A DNA stretch of 64,000 bases, from assembly GCF_006345805.1 (NCBI RefSeq), contig NC_042999.1, positions 171,368,001-171,432,000 on the forward strand. The letters run 5' to 3'. The stretch comes from Octopus sinensis. Lineage: Eukaryota. Position 1 is the first letter of the stretch. Each line of letters begins with the position of its first letter. The notes beneath the pieces are model-generated. The model saw only the letters and a list, made by a program, of their open reading frames with translations. It made no database searches and was not told the DNA's origin. Of the stretch, positions 39,036 through 53,149 are shown piece after piece. Made by a program: the position numbers and the translations under genes.

Positions 39036-40510
39036 TCATCTTTGAACGCACAGATAAACGTGTATACGTATGATCGTGAGAGTCTGTGAATTTGTGTATG
39101 CATCAAAGAAATTGTTCATTTGAATTTCTCCATAAGCTATTTCAATTCATCTAATTTATTCTCTTTCACGAAATTTAATTAGCCAATATTTAGTGCCAGA
39201 TTTTATAGCCTCAAACATAAAAATGTATTTCTTTTTCAAATCATTACTTCGCCAAACTGAATGTCAACATATTTTGAAAACGTCATAACATAAAATGGTA
39301 AACAGGATAAATATCGCACAATCGAATATGTCAGAGCTGGAAGACCCTTGATCAAGAATTTGCTTGAGTAGAGGACTATAACCAAACCCAACAAAAAAAA
39401 ATGTATCGGAAAATCTTTACATCAGTACTAAATGTAGATGTAATATTAACCAATATCTTAATGACTTATATCATGAGTTCTATGACTATTATTTTTATCT
39501 AATTACTTCTACGTGATATCATCCACCTAAGGACATAGGTATTGCACACGGATGACAATTAACAAACTCCCAATGTTTAGCTAAGTGTCACACTCTAAAT
39601 GACTTTCCAGCCTTGTTATCTACAAGCAAAATACATATTTATTTGAAAATAAAGCTAGATATATGTAAGTCATACATTCACATTAAATAATGTCATAGAA
39701 AAAAGATTGTAGGAAATTTGATATTACCTTTTGTGTTTCAATGAATGCTTTGAAAAATGCGTTATAGCATATCTGTTTGCTAGTATAACCTAGGCAAATA
39801 ATACAAAACATAAGTTCCATAAGTTCAATAGAATGTCAAATTGGTTTTCAATATATTAGATACTTGTCTCTACCATTATTAGTTTATTGACTTATTAATG
39901 AATAACCTTGACTACAATAAATAAACAGAGTATCAGCAAAAAAATATCAAATAAAAAAGTATTATACGCATTTAAAATTATAATATCAACGCAATTAAGC
40001 TTGCCGATGCGGTGACCCAGAATAACAAAGATGCTTAAATAATAATGGTCGTTGAAAATTAAAATAACAACGACAAAAAAAAAAAGGCAAACATGGTGGA
40101 TATTTATGAAATTATAACAACAATTGGTTGTGAGTGTTCTCTTATATTGTTCTTAAACTATTAATATTTGAATTTTTGAATTTCATATTTTTATAAAATT
40201 TTAGTGTTATTTATTAGTGTCTGATGAACTACCATCAATAGTCTAATCATTCTTTGTTTTAAACATTATAAATCGCTTTGAGTTAAAGCCAACTGTTTTC
40301 ACTACTATTACAAATTCACCAGTCTCCTTTTATGTCTATTTTTGTCTCTCTCACTCTTCATATAGGTCTGTAAATTTAGATGTACACACACGCATATGCA
40401 TGTATGCAATTATGTGTATATGCATGTATATATATGTGTATATATATATATACATATACACATATATGTATATGTATATATGTATGTATAGCTATCTATC
40501 TATCTATCTA

Positions 40511-40570
<60 letters not shown>

Positions 40571-40574
40571 ATAC

Positions 40575-40843
40575 CGGAGTAAACACATAAATGTGAAACA
40601 AGGTGGAAAAAAGAGTACTCAAATACCAGTGGTAGAGTAATATGCTTTATTTTAAGCAGCAGAAAATTCAACAAAATCTGTTACTCTGAGGTTCTCGTTG
40701 CCGTTCATCAGACAGTTTTTGCTAGAATGGAACCGATATATCAATTGATATATCGGTTCCATTCTAGCAAAAACTGTCTGATGAACGGCAACGAGAACCT
40801 CAGAGTAACAGATTTTGTTGAATTTTCTGCTGCTTAAAATAAA

Positions 40844-40844
<1 letters not shown>
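40575..40844. mobile_element. Short repeat probably derived from Penelope terminal repeats, ending in a perfect 200-bp palindrome (40645-40844) and flanked by (TA)n on both sides
   Basis: Arms 40645-40744 and 40745-40844 are exact reverse complements by manual check (centre ..TATCAA|TTGATA..); each strand carries a hammerhead-like motif. Confidence 0.85.
40774..40811 (+). ncRNA. Minimal type I hammerhead-ribozyme-like motif (mirror copy at 40678-40715 on the minus strand)
   Basis: CTGT-CTGATGA-ACGGCAACGA-GAAC-CTC-A-GAG-TA-ACAG; helix I extends as CAAAA(A)CTGT/ACAG(A)TTTTG. A15.1 is C in this copy. Confidence 0.55.
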
Positions 40845-40887
<43 letters not shown>

Positions 40888-41349
40888 TACTTTAACAAGG
40901 ATACTACTGGCAGGAAATTAGAAGCTAAGCCATTATCCAATCGTCCAGTGTTAGTTTAGCAGGCCGAACTTTGAAGTCACTGTCAATATTTATCTTATCA
41001 AAAAATAATGAATTTGTACTCTACTAATGTTTGGAGTAATCATTCAGATTAAAGTAATGTAGCAGTATAACTTAAGATAAAATAAAACATTATTATACAT
41101 GTATATATATACGTATGTGTGTATGTGTGTATGTATGTGTGCGTGCGTCTGTGTGCGTCTCTGCGTGTGTGTGCGCGTGTATGTACCAAATGCACAGAAA
41201 ACATTTTAAATTCTTTTAACTCGCTAGTTCTTTCAGTAATTGGGCTGAGGTGATGCTGGGTCAACTCCTTGACCTGTGTACTAGAGCGAATCAATACCAT
41301 GTATGACTGTATTTCACGTCCGGTACGTATTCATTCAATCCTCCTAAGC

Positions 41350-41688
41350 ACTTTTAACCGTTGTCTCAACTTTAACTGACCAGTGAAGGCGCGTAGTCTT
41401 AGCCCTCGCATTCTCTAAACTACTGTCACCTGTCAGTCAGCGAAGCTAATTCAGTGTCAGCTTGTCTCACCTAGTGATGTTATTTCCCGCCGGCATGTTA
41501 TAACTTTCAAGCCATTTTTGGTCTTCCAGCTTCAGCCATATATAGAAGCTAGCTTTTTCGACCGCCTCCTGTATTCTCCTTAGTTTTCGCAGCTCGGAGC
41601 TGGAAAAAACAAATCTTCTTTTGAATAGTGTTGTCATTTTTCCTTCAATGAAGCCTCTAGCCCCCGCTGACAGGTGGTAATACTCGTC
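41350..41688 (-). mobile_element. 3' end of an RLE-type non-LTR element, HERO/NeSL-like
   Basis: SAGARGFIEGKMTTLFKR...ELRKLRRIQEAVEKASFYIWLKLEDQKW resembles the EVG.RGF...AEKAS.W.WL.R C-terminus of HERO-type ORFs; stop at 41467-41469. Confidence 0.65.
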
Positions 41689-41772
41689 ATTCTATCCTTG
41701 TTCTCTGCACTCTTCGATTAGTTTTCCGTACCTGTTCTCCTTTCGTTCCTCTGCTTTGCCGATGTTCTCTTC

Positions 41773-41915
<143 letters not shown>

Positions 41916-42109
41916 TCCGATTTTTTGTCAATGTGTATAGAATAATAAATCAGTTGGATTAAGTTAAGACATGGCCTGGTTTTCACGTTCTTATTGTTGC
42001 ATCTAGAAATATTGTTTTTACGATTTTGAAGCATTAAGCATTAAAACCGTATTTTGAAATGTTCATTACAGTACTATTAACACTTTCATACTTTCGTCAT
42101 AATCATCAG

Positions 42110-42788
42110 ATTTCAAAATGTATTTCAATGACAGTTGTGTTCTTGACAAATGTAGCAAAATGACTGACTTCTTCCTTTTTATACCTCCTAGAAGGCTCCT
42201 GCAAGGTGAATTTTTCGAATGCGATTTTGACCAATTCACATACAGCTTAAATGTCACTGTTTGCATGGTGCACCGATATTACTGGCATAGATCCTTCCCT
42301 TATTTTAACCAATTAACATGCGGTTTGCATGTAATGGTTCTATGAATGAGTAAGCTTAGTTGGTTTTGATCATTTTTATTTCATTTGGTTGGAGTCTTTT
42401 GTAATTTGTTTATATTCATATGTTAACGATATTTTCTAATCTATACCATTACCTGGTTGTTATATTATTGTGGTTATTTCCATTAGAACAGTTTTGAAGA
42501 TTTAAATAAAAAGCTTTCCTTTTATCATAAAACCATTACAGAAAACCTTCACTCATAAAACCATTACATGTAAACAGCAATCTACTTAGTTTCAATATAG
42601 GCGGGATCTATGCCAGTAGTATCCGTGCGTCCGGCAAACACTGAGTTTAAGCTGCATGCGGATTGGTCAAAACCACATTTGAAAAATTCAGCTGCTTGGA
42701 GCCTTCTAAGATATAATAAGAAGGAAGAAGTCAGTCATTTTACTACAGTTGTCAAGAACTCAACTCTCAGTAAAATACAATTTGAAAT
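42110..42788. repeat. Diverged inverted repeat: 185-bp arms (42110-42294 and 42604-42788), roughly 80% identical by eye
   Basis: GGATCTATGCCAGTA...AAGGAAGAAGTCAGTCATTTT...TTGTCAAGAAC is present on both strands. Confidence 0.85.
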
Positions 42789-43640
42789 TGTCTATTTCTT
42801 TTCATGCAGAGTGAGAATCGGCAGAGTTCCCCCTGAGATCGGAATGGAGGAAGATGCAAGGATTCTGAAGATAACCAGAACGATGGAAGTCAATTGAAGG
42901 GGCTACGGTCTAGAAATCCCTATTCAAGTTGGGTTAAAAACCTACATGGAATTGTAGACGAGCTTCTTCTACTAGAGGACATTACGCTAAGAGGGTTGGT
43001 GGAGGAAAAACCTCCAACATGCTTTCTATGTAAACAAATAGGCCACATGAAAGCAAAGTGCCCTCAGCAAGTAAGTGAAGTAGAAAATCATCAAGAGCAG
43101 CTCGCCGAAGAGGACGGGTCGGAAATAGAGGAAAATAAAGAGTAGATATTTATTGTTGTAAACAAGCGAAAGAGAAAAGAGCGGGAGAGCTCTCCGACAG
43201 AGAACGAAAAACGGAAGAAGGAAGTAGAGGAGAAAATAATAGAGGTACAGAGGAACTGGGCAGATATACCAGCAGTAGTATCCCAACATAGAGTGGAGGA
43301 TATAATGGTAGACGATTATGTTTATGTAGACGGAGGAACCAAAGGAAATGACTAGTCCGGACATTTCAGGTCTGGAGCATAAACAAGTAAATACTAAGAA
43401 GAAAATGTGGCATGTAGTAACATATTTAAAAAGTACCGCTATAGAGCGGAAAATAAAGAAGTTTAAAGGTGCCATAAGGATTAAATTACCAGCTGAATGT
43501 CACCCGGAACACATAAAGGGAGTGGGGATTGACAAGGAAATGTATAAAATGTTAAAAGATCTATTTAAAGGTAATGGGAACCCTTTGGGGGAAGAAAGTG
43601 AATTTGAAGAAATTGAATTTGAAGAGTGGAAATAAAGGAG
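42620..43640 (+). mobile_element. Tx1/L1-type ORF1 remnant with a gag-like CCHC zinc knuckle; no ORF2
   Basis: RVRIGRVPPEIG (similar to KVKISDVPPEL at 34.8 kb) and PTCFLCKQIGHMKAKCP (CX2CX4HX4C), followed by a charged tail. Confidence 0.75.
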
Positions 43641-45919
43641 TATTTTAAAAGAGAAAAAGAGAAATATACTTTTTAACAAAGGAGAAAAATATATAAAAGG
43701 AAATAGATTTTAATCTAAAAAAACGGGAAAGAAGATGTAAAAAGAACAAAAGAAAACTTTCATAACTTGTATACATTAACAGTAAAATGGTACTGCTTGA
43801 GAAGTGGGTTCAATACAGCAATTCCATTATTATTATTTCATTATACATATTCTCATGTTCTGTCTGCCCTTGTGTTGTGCCGTCTATGTTGAGGCCTGGG
43901 TGCTAAAGAAAGAAATTCAGAAGCAAGACAGCTGCAATATAATCTACATCTTTCTATTTGAAATTTTTGAAAATCAGTGTAAATTGTGAAACCGGTTGAA
44001 GCTGTAAATATATTAATAAAAAAATATTTTAACTAATCTCAGTGCATTTTTAACTTCTATTTTTCAGATATATATTGAATATTACCTTAGAAACTTCCTT
44101 TTTACATCTTCCTAGATAAATGTCATCTTTGATGTTCTAATGCTTTCAATTGAAATGGCACGATCCGGGTTTTCATGTGCGAGTGCATGCGTCTGTGTAT
44201 GCATGTAAACGCGTGCGCGTGTGTACGCGTGTTTTTATATATATGCGAACAGGTGTATGTGTGTGTGTCCGTGTGTGTGAGTTTGTGAGTGCATGCCACG
44301 CGTGCGCATCTGCGTGTTTTAATACTAACTTCTTTAACGTTACATTAAGTAATGTTGTTTTGTTTTATCCTGAACACAAATCATCTGATGAAGAAAACTT
44401 GATATGGTACTTTGGTCAATGATGAGCGATGCTTTTCAAATCAGTATATAACCATCTAAATTGTGTCATAACAATTTGAAATGTCTTGTTAGAAGTACAT
44501 GTTACTTTGAATTACGCATCAGATATTAAAGAATTCTTGTTCGGAATAGAATCAGATTGGCCTGTAGTCGAAATACCGTATTTATGGTAAATATAATGTT
44601 TGTAAACCTCGAGTATATTTGTATTAAGACAATACGTTCTTTGTTCAGCACACTCATCTCATTGGAGTAATACATTCTGGACACCAGTGTCTCAACATGT
44701 TGCTTCTCGTCAGACAAATATAGCTGGAACTTTGAAATTAGCTAAATTCACTGGCGTTATTTTTACTTTCAGGAAACAGACTGCCTGATGATTATTGTTT
44801 GCATCTGCCAACCGATAACAAAGGAATAATATATATCATATATTCTTGGTTAATTTACTATTCTCACGTCTTGAGGTTCTGGTACATAACTCAATACGGG
44901 GAGGATTTGTATTATCTTAGCACGCTTGTTCTCAAGGCAAGTAAATCATAAATTGAAATTTCAGAAATTCATCGCCCGTAGAATGAGCCTATCCATTTCA
45001 TTTCATAAACCGCAAAACGAACGTGAGTAATGCAATCCCTACTACTTTTCTATCAGATTTAAGTATTGTATATCAGAAAATAAATTTTCTCGGTAACATC
45101 TGATGTTAAAATTTTACATGATACATTGCCGCACTGATCTTTAAACATACCTCCGAATTTCCACGTAGTCTCTGTTGAAAAGCAATGACTCAGAAAAGCA
45201 GTGGCCTCGCTGAGTTTACTATAATGGACACTCGAGTAAATCCCTCGGTAACGATAAAAATTTTGAATAATATGCTAACGAAGCGAACATTTAAAAATAC
45301 ATCCATTCTTGTTTCCATTACATAGATAAATAGAAGGTTTACACTTGTGATCCCCCAAATTTTCGGGCTACCACGCCTTTGACATCTAGGCCACATTCCT
45401 AGTGACCCCACTCTAACTAACCATCACAAAGGTAGACCTTTTCTGAAGCAAATTAAAAGCATTTGTATTTCACAAATAAAACTTAACCTACTGAGCCTAT
45501 TATTTTGTTGTTTTTACATAAACTGCTACCCCATTATCACCCCATATTTCTTCAACACGCCTTGGAACTTTCACCGCCCCAGGGGGGAAAATATCGTCCA
45601 CTTTGGGAACCACCGGTTTACACGAACTGGTTATTACAATTAAATATCTACACCCTAGGAATGATTTAATCTATTGTCAAATTTCGAGTACGGTTGTCCC
45701 TTCTGTAAAGGATCTTTATCTCTGCGCGTATCTATTTAAAACAAAGAACCCAACATGTGCGATTTTAAAAGATTATACATGAATTCAATGTAGGAGCGTT
45801 TACATAATGTTCATTGACATTACACTTTGTTCAGGTAATCCTAGGAGTCGGAAATCCTCAAATTCAAGCAATTCAAATTTAATTACAAATTATAAATAGA
45901 AGTACAACACAATAAAATG

Positions 45920-45924
<5 letters not shown>

Positions 45925-46010
<86 letters not shown>
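45925..46010. repeat. (AAT)n microsatellite
   Basis: Directly visible. Confidence 0.97.
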
Positions 46011-46011
<1 letters not shown>

Positions 46012-47031
46012 CTATGTCTGAAATCATGACTTATAAAAATTTTAAGGTTTGAAAACAATTAATTGGTTACCGAATATTACTTTGTAACACCAGTTCAATA
46101 ACAAAATGAACACAGATGTGCATTGAAGTCATTATTGCCAATATAATGAGAGAATTTCGTGGAAGCAAATATTTGTAAGGCCACAGTACAGAATAAAAAT
46201 CAAAAATGGCTTCTGTGCTCAATAACAGCAGACTTTTTTCCTTTTTCTATTGGTGATTTCCTGGAATTAACATGTTTAATATTGAAAAAAAAAATTAAAT
46301 ATCCAATTGAATGCGGATATCACTTGAGTTAAAACGTTTTATTGATTGCTCTTAGCTTTCGTTTTAAATGTTTTATTTGATATCTCGGGAAAAGGAAGGA
46401 CAATCTTTCGATTCCGGACGCATTGTTCACGTGAAACTTTAATTAGCAGCGATATTACGTGGTTTAATTTAGAATGAAGTAGTACAATAAAACATTGCTG
46501 CGTTATGATTCGCATGTAATGCGTATAAAGGGAATGCCATCAGAGGTGAAATTTACGTCATTTCGTTTAACATGATAATAAGGGAGGCTTTTCAATTTCA
46601 TTTGCCTTACTAGGTTGATGTTATTATTATCGATTTCTAACATGTGATAACGTTATGAATTGTGAACAGTTTTATAAATATTGTTAACACCATTATAGAA
46701 TTGAAATGCAGGGCATAAGCTTAAAGGATATTGCAGCCATGTTGTCTGGGAGAGTTAAGCTGCAATATTTTCCCTTGGACGGAAGTGTGAAAGACCTCAG
46801 ATCGAATTATCGCCCGAAACGTAACGATAAATACAGGGATGCTTGATATTATTTCGAAATTTCAGAAGTACATTTTACATAGACAGAATGAAGGAGAGAG
46901 AAGGAGAGAGAGAGACAGAGAGAGAGAGAGACAGAAACAGAGACAGAGATTGATATATTAAATAGACAGATAGATAGATTCACTCACACACACGTGCACA
47001 CACACATACATGCATACATATATATATATAT

Positions 47032-47320
47032 GCAGATGTGAACTGCAAAACGCAAAACTTCATATACTGCATGACCTGCCTAAACTGCAAAAAAAAATTA
47101 CATTGGCGAAACAAATAATTCCCTCTGCCAACGTGCAAGAATCCACAGGCAACGTATCCGACAAGAGGAATTACGCAAGATTCCATTAAGCAAACTTCTG
47201 GAAATATGCAACGACGGAAAATTCAAAATGTTTCTCTTTTATAAATGTGCACGGGACGATCCGCAATACCGAAAGGCAATGGAACTACATTTCATCAAAA
47301 CTTCTCTCCAAAATTGAATG
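47032..47320 (+). mobile_element. GIY-YIG endonuclease fragment of a Penelope-like element
   Basis: VNCKTQNFIYCMTCLNCKK, a +1 slip in an A9 run, then YIGETNNSLCQRARIHRQRIR...KAMELHFIK; begins at a (TA)n tract. Confidence 0.85.
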
Positions 47321-48567
47321 TTTGAAAGAAAAGCGGAGACAGTACATTTTATATTCTACATATAACTCATATGTCGGAAACATAAAACTCATCTCTGTAA
47401 ATATTCTGATGTATATGTGTGGCATTGAGATGTTCTGAGCTTTGCATGTTTCTCTAGTTTGTAAGTATTATACTAATGTTCTCTAAAGCAAAAAGATGGA
47501 ATTGAAAGAGGCGTGATCGAAGATACACAGTATAAACATGGACATGTTCACAAACACACACACGCACATACATGCACACACACACACACACTTAATCAAG
47601 TAATAAAACAATTTAGTAAAAATGAATGAAGCTTGGGACATAGAAAACCAAATAATAAGAGCAAACCATCTATGTGTTATAGTAATTGGCTACTAATTGC
47701 ATTTCTGATTTTCCACAAATGGAGAGGAATCTCATCTGCGACGAAGTCGTAGAAGCGAAACGAAATTTTGAGCTTTTTACGATAAAAGTTTACATCTGAT
47801 ACCTAATACCAAGCAAAACATAAATAAAAATAAAATTTAAGAAGAATTGTATTGTGTAAAAATTATATTAATTCTCAATCTGGTTTCTATAACATGTTAA
47901 TGGTATGTGAATTTCGTTACGTCACTGAGTTACGTCAGAGAACATCGGTGCAAATGGATATATTTTCTCTACAGATCTCCGAAAGAAATACATGGAAAAT
48001 GTTTTATTAGTTATCGATATCTACAGAAAGATATAAATCCAGACCCGTCTACGAAGGAAACAGACTCTACTACCTTTCAATTAATCTATGGAAATCTTGT
48101 TATTCTGTCGCAATACATCCCCATACAATTCAAATTAGAATCGATCCGTCTGCTTCCATCACTTTTCCTTAATTAATTAGTAATTTCATTATCCATTCTG
48201 GAGAATGCACTTAATGTTTTAAGTATTACAATAGTAGACTGATGAGAGATATTTTATCGTTCTTGCATTAGCCTAAAACCAGAAATGAAATTCCTTGAGG
48301 GGATGACTATATTCGATTCAATGAAATGTGCATCACTGATAATTATACTAAATAACAAAGCTAATACGAATCCAAGCAGGAGATACAAAAAGCTAAATGC
48401 TGCTAATCAGTTGGACTAGCGATTTCATGATTTTAATGCCGTTTCCTGTATATTGTCTTCACTACATGTGAAAGAACCGTTGTTTTCTCTTTCTTAACTG
48501 AACGCCCACCGAAAACATTGGTAAAGAAAATATAAAGTGAAATAAATGAGTCTACACAAACACAGAG

Positions 48568-48616
<49 letters not shown>

Positions 48617-50723
48617 CACGCATGTATAAACACAAAATGACACACATGAACATATAGACATGCACACATACATAGCTTTTTGAATTCGAATTATTTTGCA
48701 GCACAAATTTTACACTACTGCAAGTCTTCGGTAAAAAATATATTAGATCTCAGATCTGATTATGTATACTTGTTACAGCGTCTGTGATCTAATTATCTCG
48801 TTTGTTCTTTGTTTTTCATTGGACTCTTTGTTACCTCTTGCTTTTTGGTTTTGTTTTGATGAGGCTGCATGCTGTTATTTTGCTTATTCATTATTGATTT
48901 AATTGCTACACTAGATAAAGCAGTCCTTTTAATGAACTTAGTTTCGTTCGGGTTTAAAAGAAGTTTGAGGCAATATAGATTATTTAACGATATTTTGTTT
49001 CTAAATAGTAGTGTTTTGTGACGAAAACACATAACGTTAAAGAATTTTTTAGAGATGTCTGAATGTGAGTAGGTTCATCTGAGCAACTATATAAAGAAAT
49101 AATGCTATAAGTGATGTTTCGTGTTCGTGCGAATTGTCTGAGGGATTTTTGTGTAGTTCAGAGAAAGCATTGGTTTACGTATCATTGAGAGTATTTTGTT
49201 TCATTTATAATATACGAGTACTTGGGTATGTGAACATCTGGTTTTTTATATGCTGATTAATTCATGTGTTTCTATGTCGTAGTTGATTCGTTATAGCTGA
49301 AATATTTGGAACTTTTATTTGGTCAATGTAAGTGAAGCAGATTATATTTTGGCCAATAGACCAAAGCCAACCATGCATCTTCCAAGCAACGCTTATAATT
49401 TTTAGAATTATAATTATCTGAATGTATATACGCGTGTGAAGATCTGTTTTTCTGTACGCATTTTGAGGTATGTGTGTCATCTTTGATCGGTTTTAGCTGA
49501 AGTATACGATATTATAAATTGTAGTATGCAAATGTTATGTGTCTTTGTAACTGTGCTTGTATATGTGTGTTTGTGTGGAGGGGAATGAATTTCAACTTCT
49601 TTAGAGTTTGCTCCACTTTTGAAAGTTGATTAGTTTTGGATTCTTCTGTATGAAGTATTAGCATTGTGAATAATTCCATGCTGCTTGCCTGAAGTATATA
49701 AATTATATTATAGAAACATATGTGTTTTGGTGTGCACTCAACCGTTTTCCTTGTGATACAAATCTCTCCACCCTGAAGACGTTGGCCGGATATACCTTAT
49801 TGCTTATATGCATCCACGACTGCTTATATAGCCTTGATATTTTGCGAATTCCATCTGCCAACATTTTTACGTTATTCAGAGCCCCCCGAAACAACTGTCA
49901 GACCTGTAATACTATACTATCTCCTCTTAGATTTCTATGTATTTGTATTCCTCGTAAATCTCCAATGTTAATATATAAATAACTATATATTTATACATAA
50001 ATGTTCATCGTTTGAATATTTTCAGTCTTCCCCCCTCTCTCTCTTTCTCTCTCTCTCTCTATTTACACGTATATATATGTATGCATATTTTATATATCTA
50101 GCCCAAACAGTTGTATTTGTTTATTTGCATCATTATCTCTTCCTCACTCTACATATGCACACACACAAGCACGCGCGCACGCACACACATACATATACGT
50201 GTGGCTGTGTTTGTGCATGTAAGTGCACGTTCTGTGTGGGTGTGCCCGAAAAACCAATGTTATGGCTTTGCCAGTACTGACATTCAAGATCATCTATTAA
50301 ATTATTTTTCCTGTCATTCATTTCAAATCTGTTAAATTGCTATGCAACAAAATTGGCTATAACTTTTTTTAAATTGAATTAAACTGTTTTAGTCTAACTT
50401 TCTCCGAAATGATAGTGATGTTTGTTTTACCGAACCTAAACAGGCTTAGATACATTGGTGAAATGTGACTGTAATGTGTTCAACGTGGAATCGATTCCTT
50501 AATAAATATTTCTTTCCTCTTTGACAATACTCAATAGATTTTGGAAAATGATTAGCTCAACCATTGTCTCTTGTGATGCTCAGACGTATAATAGGCATCG
50601 TCTTGGTTTCACTGTATTGTCATTTCAAAAGAATGGAATTATTTTAAACTTGCCAGTCTGGTTTATGGGATTCATTAGTAAGAGAATGAATATTGGCGTC
50701 GACATGTATCTTGTTATACTTAC

Positions 50724-50791
50724 CAAAATGAAGACAAGATGTCTTGCCAAACTCATTAGTATGGAGAGATATATTCGCAAGTTCTTATATT
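50724..50791 (-). CDS. Candidate internal exon (68 nt, phase 1-0)
   Basis: Acceptor TGTATTATACAG|, strong donor TTTTG|GTAAGT, open frame EYKNLRIYLSILMSLARHLVFIL. No homolog recognised. Confidence 0.2.
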
Positions 50792-53149
50792 CTGTATAAT
50801 ACATTAGGAACTACTTGACATTTTCATTTGAGGATTACGTGCTGGTAAACGTTTGAGAAGTCAGAGCTCTGTATATATTACGTTACACCACTGACTATAA
50901 CCATGAGATTGCCCACCCATTACGTAAATATACTTTACTGGATACGAACATCACAGGACTGTAACAACCCGATAAAGTTTTGATAACGACTGAGTCATTT
51001 ATGTTATTTTCTACAATATTGACTATTTAGATAGTAACACTAATTCGATCATCATTTATAGTGAATACAGTTGTACTTTTGTCTCTGAAAATAAAAGTAA
51101 CGTGAGAATCTCAACTTGACCCTTTGATCTTTTCGAAATAGCACCTAATTGATCATTAAATTACAGCTTACCGTTTAAGCAAAAAATAGGTAACTACAAG
51201 GGCAACTTTTCTTTCCTCAGTTTAATGAAGACGGCTGACCCTATAATACTGATTCACAAGTGATTGATTTTTTGTTTGTTTGCCTTTCTTATAATTAATA
51301 GAATGAAATCTCCGTTCCTGAAATTGCAAGATATATTATTTCTCCAAATTCTCCTACGGTTTCAAGTCACCTCCCCATCATCTTCCTTGCACTAAACGTC
51401 CAAAACTTTGTAAAAAAAATCACCTGATCTTATATTTGAAGAGCTCACCTATACAATTGTTTTCGGCTAATTTGGAAAGTGAACAAATAAACAAATGGCT
51501 TGTGACTACTTATTCTGCAAAGGCCTATATACATGCATATTATATATTTCTTCCTATATCATTAATAAATATGTATTTAGATACCCAACACCAAAAAGGC
51601 ATGGAGTTTTTAATGTTTGGAATAAAAACTTAAACAATTCTGATTTCTGTTTGTGCAAAACGAAAATATATGGAATATTTACAAGGATTAATTAGAGCTT
51701 GGAGACAGTGAATCATTGTTGGCAATGTCCGAAATTTAAATGAAAATTTAATATATCTTAACTAGGTATTTTGTCTATCATTCAACAAATTCTGTCACTA
51801 ATCACCTTCGGGCTTTATAAATGATCAAATAACAGTTGTTAGCAAAGTTTTAATGGACTTCTAAATTAATAGATGTTAACATTGCGTAACGCTTTATCAG
51901 ATGTTGCAAAATAAGTGCTTAGTTTTCTTTAAGTTAAACATTTCGCTATGATATAAATTCATGAGGCAGGTGCATGTAGTAGACATGGTTTACAAGATAC
52001 AAAGTTTTCTTGAATAAAATAACAAAGAAATAACTGAATTTGTCATTAAATGCAGCCATATAACTGAGTTGTATAATATATCCGCTTTTCGAGACAATTA
52101 GTTAGATGCATAAACTAGTAACCAATTTCAAGTTAGGTTAATTGGTCATATAGTGGTCTTCACACAATTAGCGTTAACTTATATTCCGGCATCCATACCA
52201 ATTAATCGTCTGTACGTTCAGATTTACCTCTAATATATATTCCTAGATAAATTATTGCAAACCATTTACGAGTAAATATGTTCAACGAAATTTGAACTGT
52301 AGCAACACTGTGATGAAATTTAATACTCTCAACAGATACAGAGCACACTTCGTGTAAAATAATTATTTTAATTTTCTGATAATACCATGGCTGCAGCACA
52401 CTTTATTTCTTTATTTTCTGGTCTATAAGAATAGTGAGTATCCAGATTTGAGAAGCAAACAAAGTCGGCTAGTTTGCTATCAATCATGTCCTATGTAAAA
52501 TGGTGAGATTCCATATTCATAGGAAAGATATGAGCAGTTACAAGATTTCATTGGAGTGATGTTCTAAGGAGGTATGACTGTGTATTACTGGAGAGCCTAC
52601 GGTTTCTTCACAAAAAGGTTAACAAGAAAAGATGAGATGTGTAGATCGAGCCTGCTTCAGTAAATGAGGGACAATAACTGCCAAATCTAGGTAATACATG
52701 CCAACACAATAACAGTAAAAAGAGAGCATGGGCGTGAGTTAGTGACATTTCACATATGGGAGTTGCTTTATATCACTTAGCCAAGTGACTTTTCGCTGAA
52801 TGCGGCTCAGTATATTTCTATCTGTATAGTTGTAACAAGTCCCAACGCTGAATATATGACTCCTTTCACTTGCGTGTTATAGATTGCACACAATTGTAGG
52901 GGAGTGGAATATTTTCTGGCACTGAAATGAAAGGTAAGACATTTCAATTCCATGCTCGGTGTTATGGATATATTTTCGTATGAAACATTTTCGGTGATTG
53001 TGATGCCTTACGCAGAGAGCAATCTCTAGTTGAGACTTCTCGTGTCTTGTTTATGTGAGCATATATGTGTGTATGAATGTGCCTGTGTGTGTGTGGTACG
53101 AGTAGAATTATGTTTATTGAGATGATTAGTGGTCGATGTTTTCATTTTT

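Noticed and set aside
45560-45616. CTTTGGGAACCACCG resembling a hAT-type MITE end
   Set aside because: No matching opposite terminus or target-site duplication found.
47959-48176. Strong plus-strand acceptor inside an 89-aa ORF
   Set aside because: All frames end in stops without a donor, and there is no recognisable homology.
49773-49899. CTGAAGA ... GAAAC-AACT-GTC as a possible hammerhead with a long helix II
   Set aside because: Helix I does not pair convincingly, the cores are about 110 nt apart, and CTGAAGA is partly complementary to downstream sequence; a single degraded copy is insufficient.
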